From the NCBI RefSeq assembly GCF_009914755.1, contig NC_060929.1: a stretch of DNA of 64,000 nucleotides; one strand, 5' to 3'. Shown here piece after piece: positions 14,965 to 36,910 of this stretch. The notes beneath the pieces are model-generated. The model was not told the DNA's origin. It saw only the letters and a program-made list of their open reading frames with translations, and did not search any database. The translations under genes and the position numbers were made by a program. Numbering within the stretch: position 1 is the stretch's first letter; every line of letters begins with the position of its first letter. Source of the stretch: the human T2T-CHM13v2.0 reference genome, Homo sapiens.

Positions 14965-15559
14965 CAATATGTCCTCAGTTAATGTCCACAGGTTCTTGGA
15001 AACTGCAGCTTTAAGTGAAATGATGTACAATGTAACCAATTTTACCGTAAGCTAATTGATATAAAAAACAATAGTTAAGTTCCTACAGCATATTTCTGGT
15101 CACAAAAACAGCGCCAGACTTATAATAAAGATCAGCTACTTTGAAATTAAACATTGAAATAAATGTGAGCTATACCTGCATTTGAGAAAGAGTAATAAAA
15201 ACAAAATAATTATTCACCCTATTTTTCCATTTCAAGGTTGTAGGTTGCCAGAGCCTTCCATGGTAGCTCAGGGCTCAAGGCAGGGATCAACCCTGGACAG
15301 GACTCCATCCCATCGCAGGGCACAGTCACACTCACACCCACACTCACTCAGACTGGAATCATTGACACATGCTGATTCAGCCTCACGTGCACATCTTTGG
15401 AATGTGGGGGAGACTGGAACACTTGGAGAGACCCATGCAGATATGGGGAGAATGTGCAGACTCCACACGGACAGTTGCCCTGGCTGGCAATTGATTTTTT
15501 TCTCATCAACATTATATGAAACAGCATTGAGTGAAACTGTGTGATTTGAAGACCTGTTG
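14965..15559 (-). mobile_element. MER6A-like TcMar-Tigger DNA transposon
   Basis: TA-flanked; acccatgcagatatggggagaatgtgcagactccacacggacag and terminal gatttgaagacctgttg match recalled MER6. Confidence 0.7.
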
Positions 15560-17135
15560 TAGTTCCTTGGGAAACTGACTCAATGTCATGACCTTACTTT
15601 ATCAATTTCTAACCTGCATTTCCTGTATCCGACAGCTCTCAAGGCTAAACAGTACAAAAATGGAAAAAGAGAAGTGGATTAAGTTAACCAGAGTATCATT
15701 GTATCAAGTCTCACTTACAAATTAGAAAAAGTTTAAAAAATACAATATGCCTAAATTGTGTAACTCGAAACATTTTCCCATGTATTCATAGCATTACATT
15801 CTGAACATATTCAATTTATAAGCTGCTAAAGAACACTAGGGGGCAATCCTTTAACTTTTCCAGAAATAGCTGGTATCATTTTATAGTAAGTTTTCATTTG
15901 ACAATAAGGCAGGCCAAAGAGAAGATTAGATATTGTATTGTTTTACTAAGCAACGTGTATAGTACAAAATTGCTCTCAGGCATAAGAAACCCAAAATATG
16001 TGATGTATATTACATGGACTAACACCCTTGATCTGCCTAGTTGTTAGATTGTTTTTCACGGTACCTGGAACATTTTGAAGCATGTGGTAGTGCACTTTTC
16101 ATTTCATTTGAAAGCTTAGCATTGCATTTCATAAAAATACTTAGCTTTCCTAATATGATAAATGAATTATCATTTATGAATTTCTTAATATTGTCTTTGA
16201 ACCCATTTTAATTATTTTTATGATTTCTATTTTCATAAAGAGTGACAAAAGTTTACTAGTTTATGCATGCATAAAAACCCTCTTTTTTGGTCACTTTAAT
16301 ATCTCTTTTTAACCTATTTCAAGTTGCACAGCTTCCTTCTCTCTGGCACATTCCAGGATTGTGGTGTAAGACTGCACATAGATTTTTAGGTGTTGGTGAG
16401 TTAGTCTTCCAAGGAACTGTTTGGGGAAAGGTGTGACATGCACTTAAACCAAAGACAAGATTTTTTTCAACGGTTTCTTTCTTCCCTCTCACCCGGTATA
16501 TAACCCATTGCTCTTTGAAGATTGGGATATTAGTTACAAGAGTTTACATCCTGTCCTCCCTCTTCTACCTTCTTGGATAAAAGTTGAGACTTTGGACAGG
16601 TAAGCCACAGAGAAGGACCGCAAGGGCCATGATGTATCTAACCCTCTGTGCTGTGGCTTCTAACCTGCAAGTGGGTCTTTTAACAGGGTAGGTTTCCATT
16701 AGGCTCTAAGAACAAAAGAGTCTTGATGTAGGTTTAACACCAGAACCTTCGAGTGTCAACTGTTAGCACCTGGTAAGTTGTTAACACCTGGTTAACAGCT
16801 GGCTTTTTTTTATGAGGCACAGACTGACAATAAGAATCATTGACCTGCTAAAGAAACAAGCCTAGGCTTGAAATACTTTTTCAGAATGCAAGAGGAATTT
16901 TATATTTGTGGCTGGGTCATTTATTGAGCACTTATTATGTGCCAATCACTGTGAGAAGCTCAGCAGATACGAAGATGACTGAGAAATAATTCCTGGTGCC
17001 ATGTTGCTCCCTGTCTAGTGTATGAACAGCCAGTTATAAGAGCATGTGGATAAATAGTGTTGGCATGTGCACAGGGTGTTAAGGTACCATAAATCGTTTC
17101 TGTTTGTGCCCAATGCCATCAAGAACAATAGGCAG

Positions 17136-23542
<6,407 letters not shown>

Positions 23543-24637
23543 ACGAATGATAGGCAGTATAGAAAATGGTATTGGTGATGCAGTCTTGGATTACGGAAAT
23601 GGAAGAGCGTATTGAGAACATGATCAACTCCTAAAAACTTTCAAATTCATTTTTAAATTAATCTAACCTCTTTTCTTCTGTAGGTGAACCAGCTTTTCCT
23701 CAAATCTGCTCTAACTCATGTTCCATTTTAGCATTTAATTACCGCTCCCTGGGGATCTGCCACATCATACAAATCTGTGTGTACCGGATGGGCCTGTGAG
23801 CAGAGGAGCTAGGCGGGAAGGCACAAGTGACCTGGTGCTTTAAGCTGACACCTGGCTATTCACTCTTAGGAAAATAAAGATAAAGAAAAATCATTAGCTG
23901 CCCAGCCAGTGACTTTCATGGGGGGAGGGGTACACTCTTACAGGAGAGGTGCGATATACATGATTAAAATTTTTCTGTGATTTATTTGTTTTTTTTTTTT
24001 AGCACTTGACCCATGATTCATGTTCAGTGAATGTCATTTTGAATGAATAAAACACCTGTTACCCTCATGTTGCCCAATATTTGAAACCATCATGGTATAT
24101 ATTTTGCAAATTTGAGGATGTGTTGTCTAAATTCATTATATTTAAAAGAAGAAGAGACTTTACAGAAATGGTTGATTTTTACATTCAATCAAGATATGCA
24201 AAGTTTTTGGGAATATTCCAGGTTGTGAGATAACTTGGGGGTTATTACCAAGACCAACGTTTCTATGGGAAAATGTGCTGTAAGTTTCAAAAATAACTTT
24301 TTGCATAACATCAATACATAAATTCCAGATTCCCCCTATTTTGTTGGATTCTAAAATTTTGAAAATATGTAACACATAGGATTAATTTTTATTTATCCAA
24401 CATAAATCAGTACACTGAAATTATTCATTTTGAGTAAATATGATGAATTATTAGTATTCAATGAGGAGGAGGAAATTATTCAATGAGGAGGAGGAAAGTG
24501 AGTTTTGCCAAGTTTATAGGAGCTGACACTTTGCCAGAGTGCCCCTTCCGTTTTCTTGATACTTGATCCTATCATGAACACTGCCTGTGTGGCTACTGTC
24601 ATTGGTGAAGCCATTTGGGCACATGTGAAAAATTTGA

Positions 24638-25098
<461 letters not shown>

Positions 25099-25194
25099 TA
25101 AAGCAACCTCAGGCATTATGCTAATGGCTCAAGTCAAAGAACAGCATTTTTCTCTGAAAATTATTTCTAAATCACTGACACTGTTTGTTTATAG

Positions 25195-25338
25195 GTCTTC
25201 CTATCACTGGGCTCTAATTTCACTTTGCAACTGGTGACTGTGATGCTTGTCGGTGGACGTTTCTATGGAATGCCAACAATTCTTCAGGAAGCAAAATCTG
25301 CTGTCCTTCCAGTCTCTGAGAAAGCTGCCAATTCTCAG
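25195..25338 (+). CDS. ADGRV1: ADGRV1 coding exon (~exon 71)
   Basis: ttatag|GTCTTC...TCTCAG|gtaatt; VFLSLGSNFTLQLV...AANSQ; 144 nt. Confidence 0.93.
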
Positions 25339-26576
25339 GTAATTGGCCCTGTGTGTGGTTCTCTCAGCAGAACACTAGAGGGCAGCTTTTACAGGAAGGA
25401 CGGAGACTCTTAGAGCTAGAATTTCTCATGAGTAACTATTTTCTTAAATATAAATAACTCTGTGAATATCAAAGTAGATGTAACAGATATATTATATAAA
25501 ATAATTAGTCTATTTTCAACATTCAGTAGGAAAAAAAGAGATATGTCCATATCTCTTCTTGATATTTTGTATCTAATATTGAGGTATTTTATGTTAAATA
25601 ATTAAAATTATAATGAAGCACTAATATTCCACACTTTTTCGCATACTAACATTGTGAATGTTTATGTTTAATATTCAGACTTTGGTTTACAGGGGCGAGT
25701 TTGTCTTGATGTAGATAAATGCTGATGGTCAGATCCTGTGATATGGTTGCAACTAAGTATTTGCATCTTCTGTCTGAGGTCGTTGTAGGAAAGATTATTT
25801 CCCAATCATTTCATAAATGCACATGAGAACAAAGAACAACTTGAGGGCTTTCCTTTCCTTTCAGGCGGATTCTGTCAATATATGAAAAAGACAAGGCTGT
25901 TATCTGTGGCTATGGTAACGTGTGTATGTTTGAAGCCATTGTGTGATATAATTCTATCCTACTCCTTCAGGTGGGAGCTGAAGTGACTCGGGCAAGCCTG
26001 GCTCAAGATGCTGAGGTGGAATCTGTACAGATGAATGGGCAGGAATATGGGCAGATATAGTCTCTGGCCACTAAGGGATGCTCTTCAGCTACTCCCGCCT
26101 GAGCATCTTCTCCAAGGAGAATGAATGTGCTTTTTCTCTTAAAATAGAATACACTGGCTATTAAAATAACTGAGAGTAAAAGGTTTTTTTTTTCTTTACC
26201 TCCTCTTCTTTAAGAGTGAATGAGGAAATAGAATTGATTAATGCTTTGAATTTTGTTGTCTTCTTTTTGTTCATGTGTTGTTATAAAAAAAAAAGATTCA
26301 GCAAAACCATTCATTTGGAGGAAAACATTTCCTACTCCTTATCCATGCACATTGTCACAATACTGTATCACCCCAAAGGGCAAGGTTAGAGTCCATCATG
26401 GTACATTCACATCTTTGGTGTAACCTCTATACTTGTATCAGTGTTTGGTGTGTGTGTGCACGCATGTGTGTGTGTATGTGTGATGTGGCTAGGGCATTTC
26501 AAAATAGCCCTCTAGTCATGTAGCAAGAATGATCTCACTCAAAGCTTTTGGCAGTTGCTAAGCAGAAGCCTCACTG

Positions 26577-26904
<328 letters not shown>

Positions 26905-27739
26905 CTAGGCTGGGGTCAAATTAAAGTAGTTGTTGTTTCTTTTCCTCTGTGGCTCCAGAAGTTATCCTGCGGAACCCTCTCATGTTTTTCTGTTATTCTT
27001 CATTCCAATTTAAGAAGGGGAGAATGAGTTTTAATATATAACTCTTGATTAAATGGTATCCCAAATTTATAGCTATTGAGACCAAAAGAGGTAAACTGAA
27101 TTGTTCAAATCAAAATGTGAAGCCAGGAATCTGCTTTTATTCTTACTCATTGCTCAGAACTTATTTCATCTATAAATCACATACCCTGGGAACGTTGCAC
27201 ATAAAACAAAATCTTACTTGATGCTTGTGATAAAGATGGGTATTAAAAAAAAACTTTGAAGTTTTCTGGTCTTCAAAAAAAGATATAAAATTAAGTCAGA
27301 GCTGAAAAGAACCCTAATAGAAGGTCTAGTTCATGGTGCTTACTTTATAAATGAAAAAATACACTATTATATCTTAGAAGTCAAATTTTAGTTCTACAAA
27401 TGAGGTTCTGGAAAGACCCATGAACAAGTCATATTAAATGCCATTTAACATATTTTGCTTTCATTTAACCATAATTATGCTTATCTTTTTTTGGATGTTG
27501 TTCATTCAAAAGATAACGTTTTGATTAAAAAAAGAAAAAGCTATCAACTATAACCTAAATAATAAAGTAAAATAAATTTTAAAGTCTGAGATGTTATTTC
27601 TTAAGCACTTCTCTTTAATTCAGTATGAGACAAGGATATATATTGTATAAACCAAGGGAAAGTTTACGTTTAACCCATTCCTCAGAAAACAGGAAGGTTT
27701 AGAGAGAAATAAAATACTCTAAGCATGATTTTCCCTCAG

Positions 27740-27914
27740 GTCGGATTTGAATCCACTGCTTTTCAACTCATGAACATCACTGCTGGCACAAGCCACGTTA
27801 TGATTTCTAGGAGAGGCACATATGGAGCTCTCTCGGTTGCCTGGACCACTGGATATGCTCCTGGGTTAGAAATTCCTGAATTCATTGTTGTTGGCAACAT
27901 GACCCCAACACTGG
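27740..27914 (+). CDS. ADGRV1: ADGRV1 coding exon (~exon 72)
   Basis: ccctcag|GTCGGA...CTGG|gtgagt; VGFESTAFQL...RRGTYGALSVAW; 175 nt, phase 0-1. Confidence 0.94.
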
Positions 27915-29290
27915 GTGAGTTGTAGTTTTTCTAAGATGAGTCCTGTAGAATATTGGAAGGATATCACTGGCCACTAATTGTCTTGGGTTATCCTTATTCT
28001 GGACACTAAATGTAGTTTTCGAATACAATGCTCCCATATTTAAGTGATCAGAGTAGTGCAGGCTGCTTGGTGAGAAAAGGAGAGAAGCTTTTTTCAGTCA
28101 AATTAACAACTCCATGCCTTACCTCAAAAGACTGGGGTCACTAAGCAAACTACTCTGTCCATACAATAGGAGTTTGTTGAAAGTAGTTCTAAGAATCTAA
28201 TTTGGCAAATACAGTAATAAGAAAAATAAAAATACATACAGCTCTTGTATGCATTTCCATGTTCACCTGACTATTTCTGGCAGTAGGGCAGCTGTTACTT
28301 TAGATACTTTATTTTTTAAAGTATACCATTAGGTCTTTGAGAGCTAGTGAGATGCAAATGTTAGATGGTTTGACCTCTACCGTGTTATAGCAAGCTCATT
28401 GCAAATTTAGATAATGAGAGTTTATAAAGAACCCTCCAGTGGGCTCTGAATCTGAGGATCTCCCTCCTTGATTCACAGGGTCTTGTTGGTCACCAGCCAA
28501 ACGCCATTTACACTCAGTAAGAAACCTAATGAATCCTGCAGAGGACTGAGATCCTCAGTCTCTCAGAAAGGAGGGAATGATTTTCATTTTCCCAAGATCT
28601 CGGCATCACTGAGAGATAAGAAGGAATGAAAGCTAAGGTCCTATAGAAGATGGGGGATGAGGGCTAGGCCAGTGAAAATGACAACATTTTCATGCCAGCT
28701 TCCATCCTAACAGGAATCCCAGAAAACAGAAAGAGAGAAATTAGCTGCGTGATTGAGAGACACCATAGTGTGATAACTGCCTTGGATACTGGGGTTTCTT
28801 TAGCCACTGCATAGGTGCCCCTGATGTGATGTCTCAGACATTGTCTCCTCTTGTTTTCCTTTTGGCATGTCCCCTAAGTTAAAGATATTTAATTATTTTT
28901 TCCTGTTTATTTTCTAGCCCTTTTTTTCCTGCAGAAACTCTTGTCTTTTACTTCCTTACCCCTCTGTCACTTTGGGTGATATGCATAGCTTCATATAATC
29001 TAGGGTGTTTGCAAAAATTTTTTATGTTAGTAACCACTTGCTACATATGAAAAGACTTATGTGTAGAAATATTGCTTATTATGAGTGTATATGCGGCTTT
29101 GTGCTTACATATCACATTAGTCTTCAAACGCTTTTGTGAGTTTATGTTAACTTGATTCAGCTAAAATAACAGGAGTTCCCAAATAATAGATCTGTATCTT
29201 CAAACAGGTTCATTTAGTTTTTTGAGCCTTTGTAATAAATTTTCAAACACAATGGAAAGTACAGTGAACACCCATAAACTCACTGACTAG

Positions 29291-29606
<316 letters not shown>

Positions 29607-30057
29607 TTGACTAGATTTAATAGTTGTTACAGTCTGCTATATTTGTGACATTTTTTCTGAAGCATTTTAAAGTAAAATACATAGATTATGATATTTCACC
29701 CCAATCTACTTCAATATGTATCCTAAAAATATGCTGGGGCCAGAATTTAAACCAAAGCCTGACACTAAGTCTATATTAAAGCTTGCCTAACACCAGTATC
29801 TTTTCACTACTGGATTTTGTCATTGAGCCAGGAAAGAAAAAGATATAAAGGAGAAAAGTAAACAGGGACCGAAAGCAAGATTTGTGTGGTCTCCTGTAAG
29901 TTTACCTCTCCCCCGACCCCTTTTTAAAAATGTTTTACCTTTTGTGAACTATAATTGAATTTTGGAAAAGAAAATACACTACTACAGTTTTAAAAGTCAA
30001 ATCCCAATTTAAGAAAAGAAATAATACCCTACTTTGCTTTTTCATGTTTTCTTTCAG

Positions 30058-30193
30058 GGAGCCTTTCATTTTCCCACGGTGAACAAAGGAAAGGAGTTTT
30101 CCTGTGGACGTTTCCTAGCCCTGGTTGGCCAGAGGCCTTTGTTCTTCACCTATCAGGAGTGCAGAGCAGTGCTCCTGGCGGAGCTCAACTCCG
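30058..30193 (+). CDS. ADGRV1: ADGRV1 coding exon (~exon 73)
   Basis: ctttcag|GGAGCCTT...CTCCG|gtaaga; (G)SLSFSHGEQRKGVFLW...GGAQL(R); 136 nt, phase 1-2. Confidence 0.93.
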
Positions 30194-31068
30194 GTAAGAC
30201 CAACCTCATTCTCACCCAAGAAATTCTCTGAGGAATAATCTGGAATTCATCCATCAAAACAGAAAAAGGCACAAGGGTTATTCTCCTTGAAGCAAACACA
30301 AACATAGTTTTAGTGTAGAGCATCACGTGGCGTGCATGCTGGAGAGGGAGGTGGCTCTTAGGAGCCCCACCACCCACTGTTTGCTCTAAAGAGAGCTCCT
30401 CATGCCCCACCTTGAGAATGGGGGCTGGGGTACCATCTCCACTAAGAGCCATGATGGCAGTTCTCCTCTTGTTAAAGACAGCTATCTTCTGAGAAGCTGA
30501 AAATACCTGATTGCCCCAAGTGATTAAGAGTAAGAATAAGATTAAGTAAGAATAAGACATCACAGTAGGGTGATAATATTACTTATTTGGACCAGTGGCC
30601 CTTTGACTTTAATTTAATTTTATTGAATTTTACTATGTATCTATAATGACTGTTTCTGCAAATACAGTATATTTGCAGATAAATACGTACCAGCCAAAAG
30701 CAATTTACTTTCCTTATTTCTGGGATAGACTCGACCAGAGCAGCAGAGGGCAGACCTGCTATTCAGACTTAGGGATTTAGTCCTGGCTCTGCCACTTACT
30801 CGCTGTGTAACTTTGAGAAAATTACTTGATCTTTCTGTTCTTCAGTTTACTTGTAAAATAAAGAAAATTTTGGGGTATGAAAACTAGAGTGTATTCAAGT
30901 ATGTTTGTGTACATGTTTATGTGTGGGGGATCTCCATTGGGGAAATAAAATATGACTTTAGATTATACATATGCCATTTTTAAAATGTTCATCCAGAGAA
31001 CATATTTTAGGGTTACAAATTCAAATGCTTTAACAGCAACAATAGTTATTAACAGTATTATAGTGCTT

Positions 31069-31375
<307 letters not shown>

Positions 31376-31404
31376 TTATAGGGCTTACCCTAGGCCAGGC
31401 ATAA

Positions 31405-31704
<300 letters not shown>

Positions 31705-31748
31705 GGCCAGGCATAAATCTTACAGTGCTTACTCTAGGCCGGGCATAA

Positions 31749-31750
<2 letters not shown>

Positions 31751-31796
<46 letters not shown>
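31751..31796. repeat. (AC)23 microsatellite
   Basis: Perfect dinucleotide run. Confidence 0.97.
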
Positions 31797-31799
<3 letters not shown>

Positions 31800-32701
31800 C
31801 TGTCTCTCTTTACTCTCCCCAGCAACCTTACAAAGTAGATTATATTATTTGTCTCATTTTATAGATGACGAAAGTCATAGATAGATTATGCGATAAACCC
31901 AGAAGCACACAGTTAATATATGTTGGGGCCATGATTTCAACCCAGGCTGAATGGCCTCTGTGTGAGGTATTAACCACTGTTTTATGTACTGAGTGCTGGC
32001 TGCTTGACAAGAGAGAGTAATGGGACCTGAAGAATCCTCCCTAAAGGCATTTAAATTTATATTAAAACCAAAAACTTGTTAGCAAAAGAAAATAAACCTG
32101 TAGACAGAATTAGGCCGAGAGACCAGCAGTTGTAACCTCTGATATAGCTATTAACTCACAACAAAAATCTATAGGAAAAAAACTAAGAATAAATGATTCT
32201 ATCATGGGTGTCTGTCCTCATTCATACATAAAGTTTTAGCCACATTTGCATGAGAGGTTAGTTCCATTACTGGCAGCTGAAGAAAGCAAGGATTTTACTG
32301 CTAGTGCCAGTAACTATTTCTATTTGGTAGATAACAAAGCTGGCAGAGGTCCAGAACATTGTAGTAATATTGTTCCCCTTGTACTGATCCTAAGAGAGAG
32401 CCTGATTTTCACATCCCTCAGACAGCTGCTCTGGGATGATGGAGAAATAGACCAGAGACCTATAAGCTTTTCATTTAGCTCAGACTTGTTAGTTCCTGTC
32501 CCTGCTTTTGCAGCTCCTGTTCTTACATTTCTTTTGCCCTTACATATCAATAAATAGGGTTTGATGGAATTTGAAATGGCACGTCATTGTTAAGTTGCTG
32601 CCCTCATGAGCAGCATTTTAAATATGTGAATGATGAATCTCTACAGTCATATTCCTATTTTTTAAAAAATCAATTTCTTCATGATTTAATTTTTTTCCCA
32701 G

Positions 32702-33807
32702 ATCAGGTTTCATTGTTGCTGAAATTGAACCAATGGGCGTCTTCCAATTTTCCACTAGCTCAAGAAATATCATAGTGTCAGAAGATACACAGATGATCAG
32801 ATTACATGTACAAAGACTATTTGGGTTCCACAGCGATCTTATTAAAGTTTCTTATCAGACCACTGCAGGAAGCGCCAAGCCACTGGAAGATTTTGAGCCT
32901 GTTCAGAATGGGGAACTGTTTTTTCAAAAATTCCAAACTGAGGTTGATTTTGAAATAACCATTATTAATGATCAGCTTTCTGAGATAGAAGAATTTTTTT
33001 ACATTAACCTTACTTCAGTAGAAATTAGGGGATTACAAAAGTTTGATGTTAATTGGAGCCCACGCCTGAATCTAGATTTCAGTGTTGCAGTGATTACAAT
33101 ATTGGATAATGATGACCTGGCAGGAATGGATATTTCCTTCCCCGAGACAACTGTGGCTGTAGCAGTTGACACAACTCTCATTCCTGTAGAAACTGAATCC
33201 ACCACATACCTCAGCACAAGCAAGACGACTACCATTCTGCAGCCAACCAACGTGGTTGCCATTGTTACTGAGGCAACTGGTGTATCTGCCATCCCTGAGA
33301 AACTTGTCACCCTTCATGGCACACCTGCTGTGTCTGAAAAGCCTGATGTGGCCACTGTAACTGCCAATGTTTCCATTCATGGAACATTCAGCCTTGGGCC
33401 ATCCATTGTTTATATTGAAGAGGAGATGAAGAATGGCACATTCAACACTGCAGAAGTTCTTATCCGAAGAACTGGTGGGTTTACTGGCAATGTCAGCATA
33501 ACAGTTAAAACTTTCGGTGAAAGATGTGCTCAGATGGAACCAAATGCATTGCCCTTTCGTGGTATCTATGGGATTTCCAACCTAACATGGGCAGTTGAAG
33601 AAGAAGACTTTGAAGAACAAACTCTTACCCTTATATTCCTAGATGGAGAAAGAGAACGTAAAGTATCAGTTCAAATTTTGGATGATGATGAGCCTGAGGG
33701 GCAGGAATTCTTCTACGTGTTTCTCACAAACCCTCAAGGGGGAGCACAGATTGTGGAGGGGAAGGATGATACTGGATTTGCAGCTTTTGCCATGGTTATT
33801 ATTACAG
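32702..33807 (+). CDS. ADGRV1: ADGRV1 large coding exon (~exon 74): two Calx-beta motifs and a Thr-rich spacer
   Basis: ttcccag|ATCAGG...ACAG|gtatat; IINDQLSEIEEFF and ILDDDEPEGQEFF; 1106 nt, phase 2-1. Confidence 0.96.
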
Positions 33808-34400
33808 GTATATCTTTGAAATGATGGAGATAAAAATATACTTTTATGGTACATAATTTGTATTAAGGTGAATCTAGCTTAAATTTAATGGAAGAAGGTG
33901 AAGTTCTTAAGTTATTCATAGGAATGCATTAAAGTGTTGTTTTTCTGTAGCATGGACCCATGACATGAACTCATGATGTGCTGTTCTGAGGGCCCTATAA
34001 TTTAATGTACTATAAATGTCACTGAGATCAGAGCCAGTAATACAATCTATAAATCTATACTCTCACAATATAAATAACGTTTAATTTAATCATCCAAACA
34101 CATGATTGCCTATCCTGTTTTGAAACTTGATTCTAAATTTACCAGCTACTTTCAGTAATCCATCCTAAAGTCAAAGATCTCATTGGCAGGAAATTCTTTT
34201 TTTTTTTTTTCTGTTACCAAAAAGATTTAAACTGTTGCCTTTTGTTTTGCTTTTGACCCAATGTAGTTGATATAGCCATCATACTATTGTGTATATACGT
34301 TACAATAGCTTAAAATTTTAATAATTTTTTTGTTTCTCATGTATCTTATGCAATCTTTTCATGACAGTTTGCAGTTTACCTCTGAAATCATACTGTATTT

Positions 34401-34694
34401 TTTTTTTTTTTTTTGGAGATGGAGTCTTGCTCTGTTGCCCAGGCTGTAGTGCAGTGGCATGATCACAGCTCACTGCAACCTCTGCCTCCCGGGTTCAAGC
34501 AGTTCTCTGACTCAGCTTCCCGAGTAGCTGGGATTACAGGCACCTGCCACCACGCCCGGCTAATTTTTTTTATTTTTAGTAGAGACAGGGTTTCATCATG
34601 TTGGCCAGCTGGTCTTGAACTCCTGACCTCGTGATCCACCTGCCTCAGCCTCCCAAAGTGCTGGGATTACAGGCGTGAGCCACTGCACCCGGCC
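34401..34694 (-). mobile_element. AluS (Sg-like)
   Basis: TSD tgaaatcatactgtattt at 34383 and 34695. Confidence 0.93.
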
Positions 34695-35318
34695 TGAAAT
34701 CATACTGTATTTCTTTAAATGAAATACATCAGCATGTCAATACCTTATAGGAATTAGAGAAGTGACAGGCTATCTCATGATTCTTTTCTTTTTTCATTTT
34801 CATGTTTTATTGTAAAGTGACAACTTATAATTGTACATATTTAGAGGGTACAAGGAATGATGTTATGATTATAAATGCAGTGTAGAATAATTTAATCAAG
34901 CTAGTTAACATGTACATTACCTCAAGTACTTAACTTTTTTTATAGTGAGAATATTTCAAATTTACTATCTTAGAAACTTGGAAATGTACAGTACTCTATA
35001 TTAACCATATTCACCATTCTGTGCAATAGACCTCAAAACATATTTTTGAGATTTGATGCTTCCTAGAGTTCGTATTTTATTTTAGCCACTCAGTTTTAAT
35101 TCAGTCATAATTTTGCAATCTTTTAACTTCCTTTCATATGCTCAGCATTATCTCATTTATGTTAACCTACAAATTTACATCAATTAGTATGATTTATTCC
35201 TGTTTCTACAGTTTATGAAGTGTGTTGTAAATTCTTATTCTATTCTACAAGTTATTTACTGATTTTGATTCAAATTGGCTTAATGCCATTTATATATTTC
35301 TATTAAAATTAATTTGGT

Positions 35319-35650
<332 letters not shown>

Positions 35651-36910
35651 TTGGCAGTCAGCATCCTCCTTCTCATTCTATGACACAGATATTTTATTAC
35701 AGGTATTTGAATATAACCAGGGCTGATAGTAAAAATACTTAACAATTAGTTTGGCACTGGCCAGGCCCATTAAAATGGCTTCTGGAGGTTCTTTGCTGTT
35801 CCAAGCCATACTCCATTAATTACTGGATCATGGGGAGGTCTTGTTGTCCTGGTTAGGGAAGTGGCAGAGGACTCTTTGGGGGCTCAGGACAGAAGTTAGG
35901 TACCAACTGGAATGGAAGTGCTTCCCTGTTTTATCAGACAATATAGCCTACCAGTGCCTACCCCTTCATCAGCTCTGAGCTTAGTTTTAACTCAACAGGC
36001 AAATGGTAACTCAGCTGAGCTCTGTGAGATTCTGTAATGTTTACCTTCCCTACATAAGGCACACTCATCACACACCTGTTGCAAATGACCGATACCCTAC
36101 CATAGCTACCACTAATGTCGTATGATGTAATTGGCCTGACTACACCACCAGGCACATTCACGTGGTCATAATACCTTAAGTTCCTTTACCTGCAAATGTT
36201 GCCCTCATCTTTTCCCTACCTGACATTTTTTTCTTAATAATATTTCTCACTTAACCGGATAATTAATTTTGCTGCATCCACCTACCTTTATAATCTTTTC
36301 ACATTTAGATTTTAGAACAAACTTTCTGAGTAAGTCAGGGAAAAAATAGTTTATTTAGTTTTGATTTTGATCATTGGCACATTACAAGTCTGGAATCATT
36401 TTACTAGAAATTTGAAATCAAATTTATTATTGTAAATGTGACAAGGGAAGTGTTTTTTCATTAGAATCATGCTAGTTGCTATTGCCTTGGAAAAGGAAAT
36501 GAGGGTTCTGCTGTGATAGTCTTGTAATCTACTTGAAGAGCCCAAATCCTCACTTAAGGTGACAAGAAAAGAATTGCTGCCAAAGATAAAAAGTCAATGT
36601 CAGATTCTGATACCAGGCTACGAAGTGATTGCAGTGATTAATTGGTGAGGATGAGAATTGGCAGTCTGAAACAAAACACACATGAGACCCTAGGACAAAT
36701 GTAGCCCATCACTTGCATGTCCCTAATAAAGGGGCTCCACATTTACTTTAAGACCAGGGAAATGGTCCAGGGGCTGATGACTACTAGTTCTTCCCTATCA
36801 GGACAGTTCAGTGGTTTTCTGTTTCCTTAACCCAACCTACTCCCTAATTTCAGAAGTTCTGTCTCCTTAGAATGCCAGGAATCAGGTTTCAGGGTGATGG
36901 GTACACATGA

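Noticed and set aside
28544-28560. gactgag-atc-ctcagtc hairpin
   Set aside because: A 7-bp stem is expected by chance in 64 kb
30153-30563. 136-aa minus-strand ORF overlapping exon 73, and antisense ORFs over exons 74 and 78
   Set aside because: No recognisable domain; consistent with chance or shadow frames of coding exons
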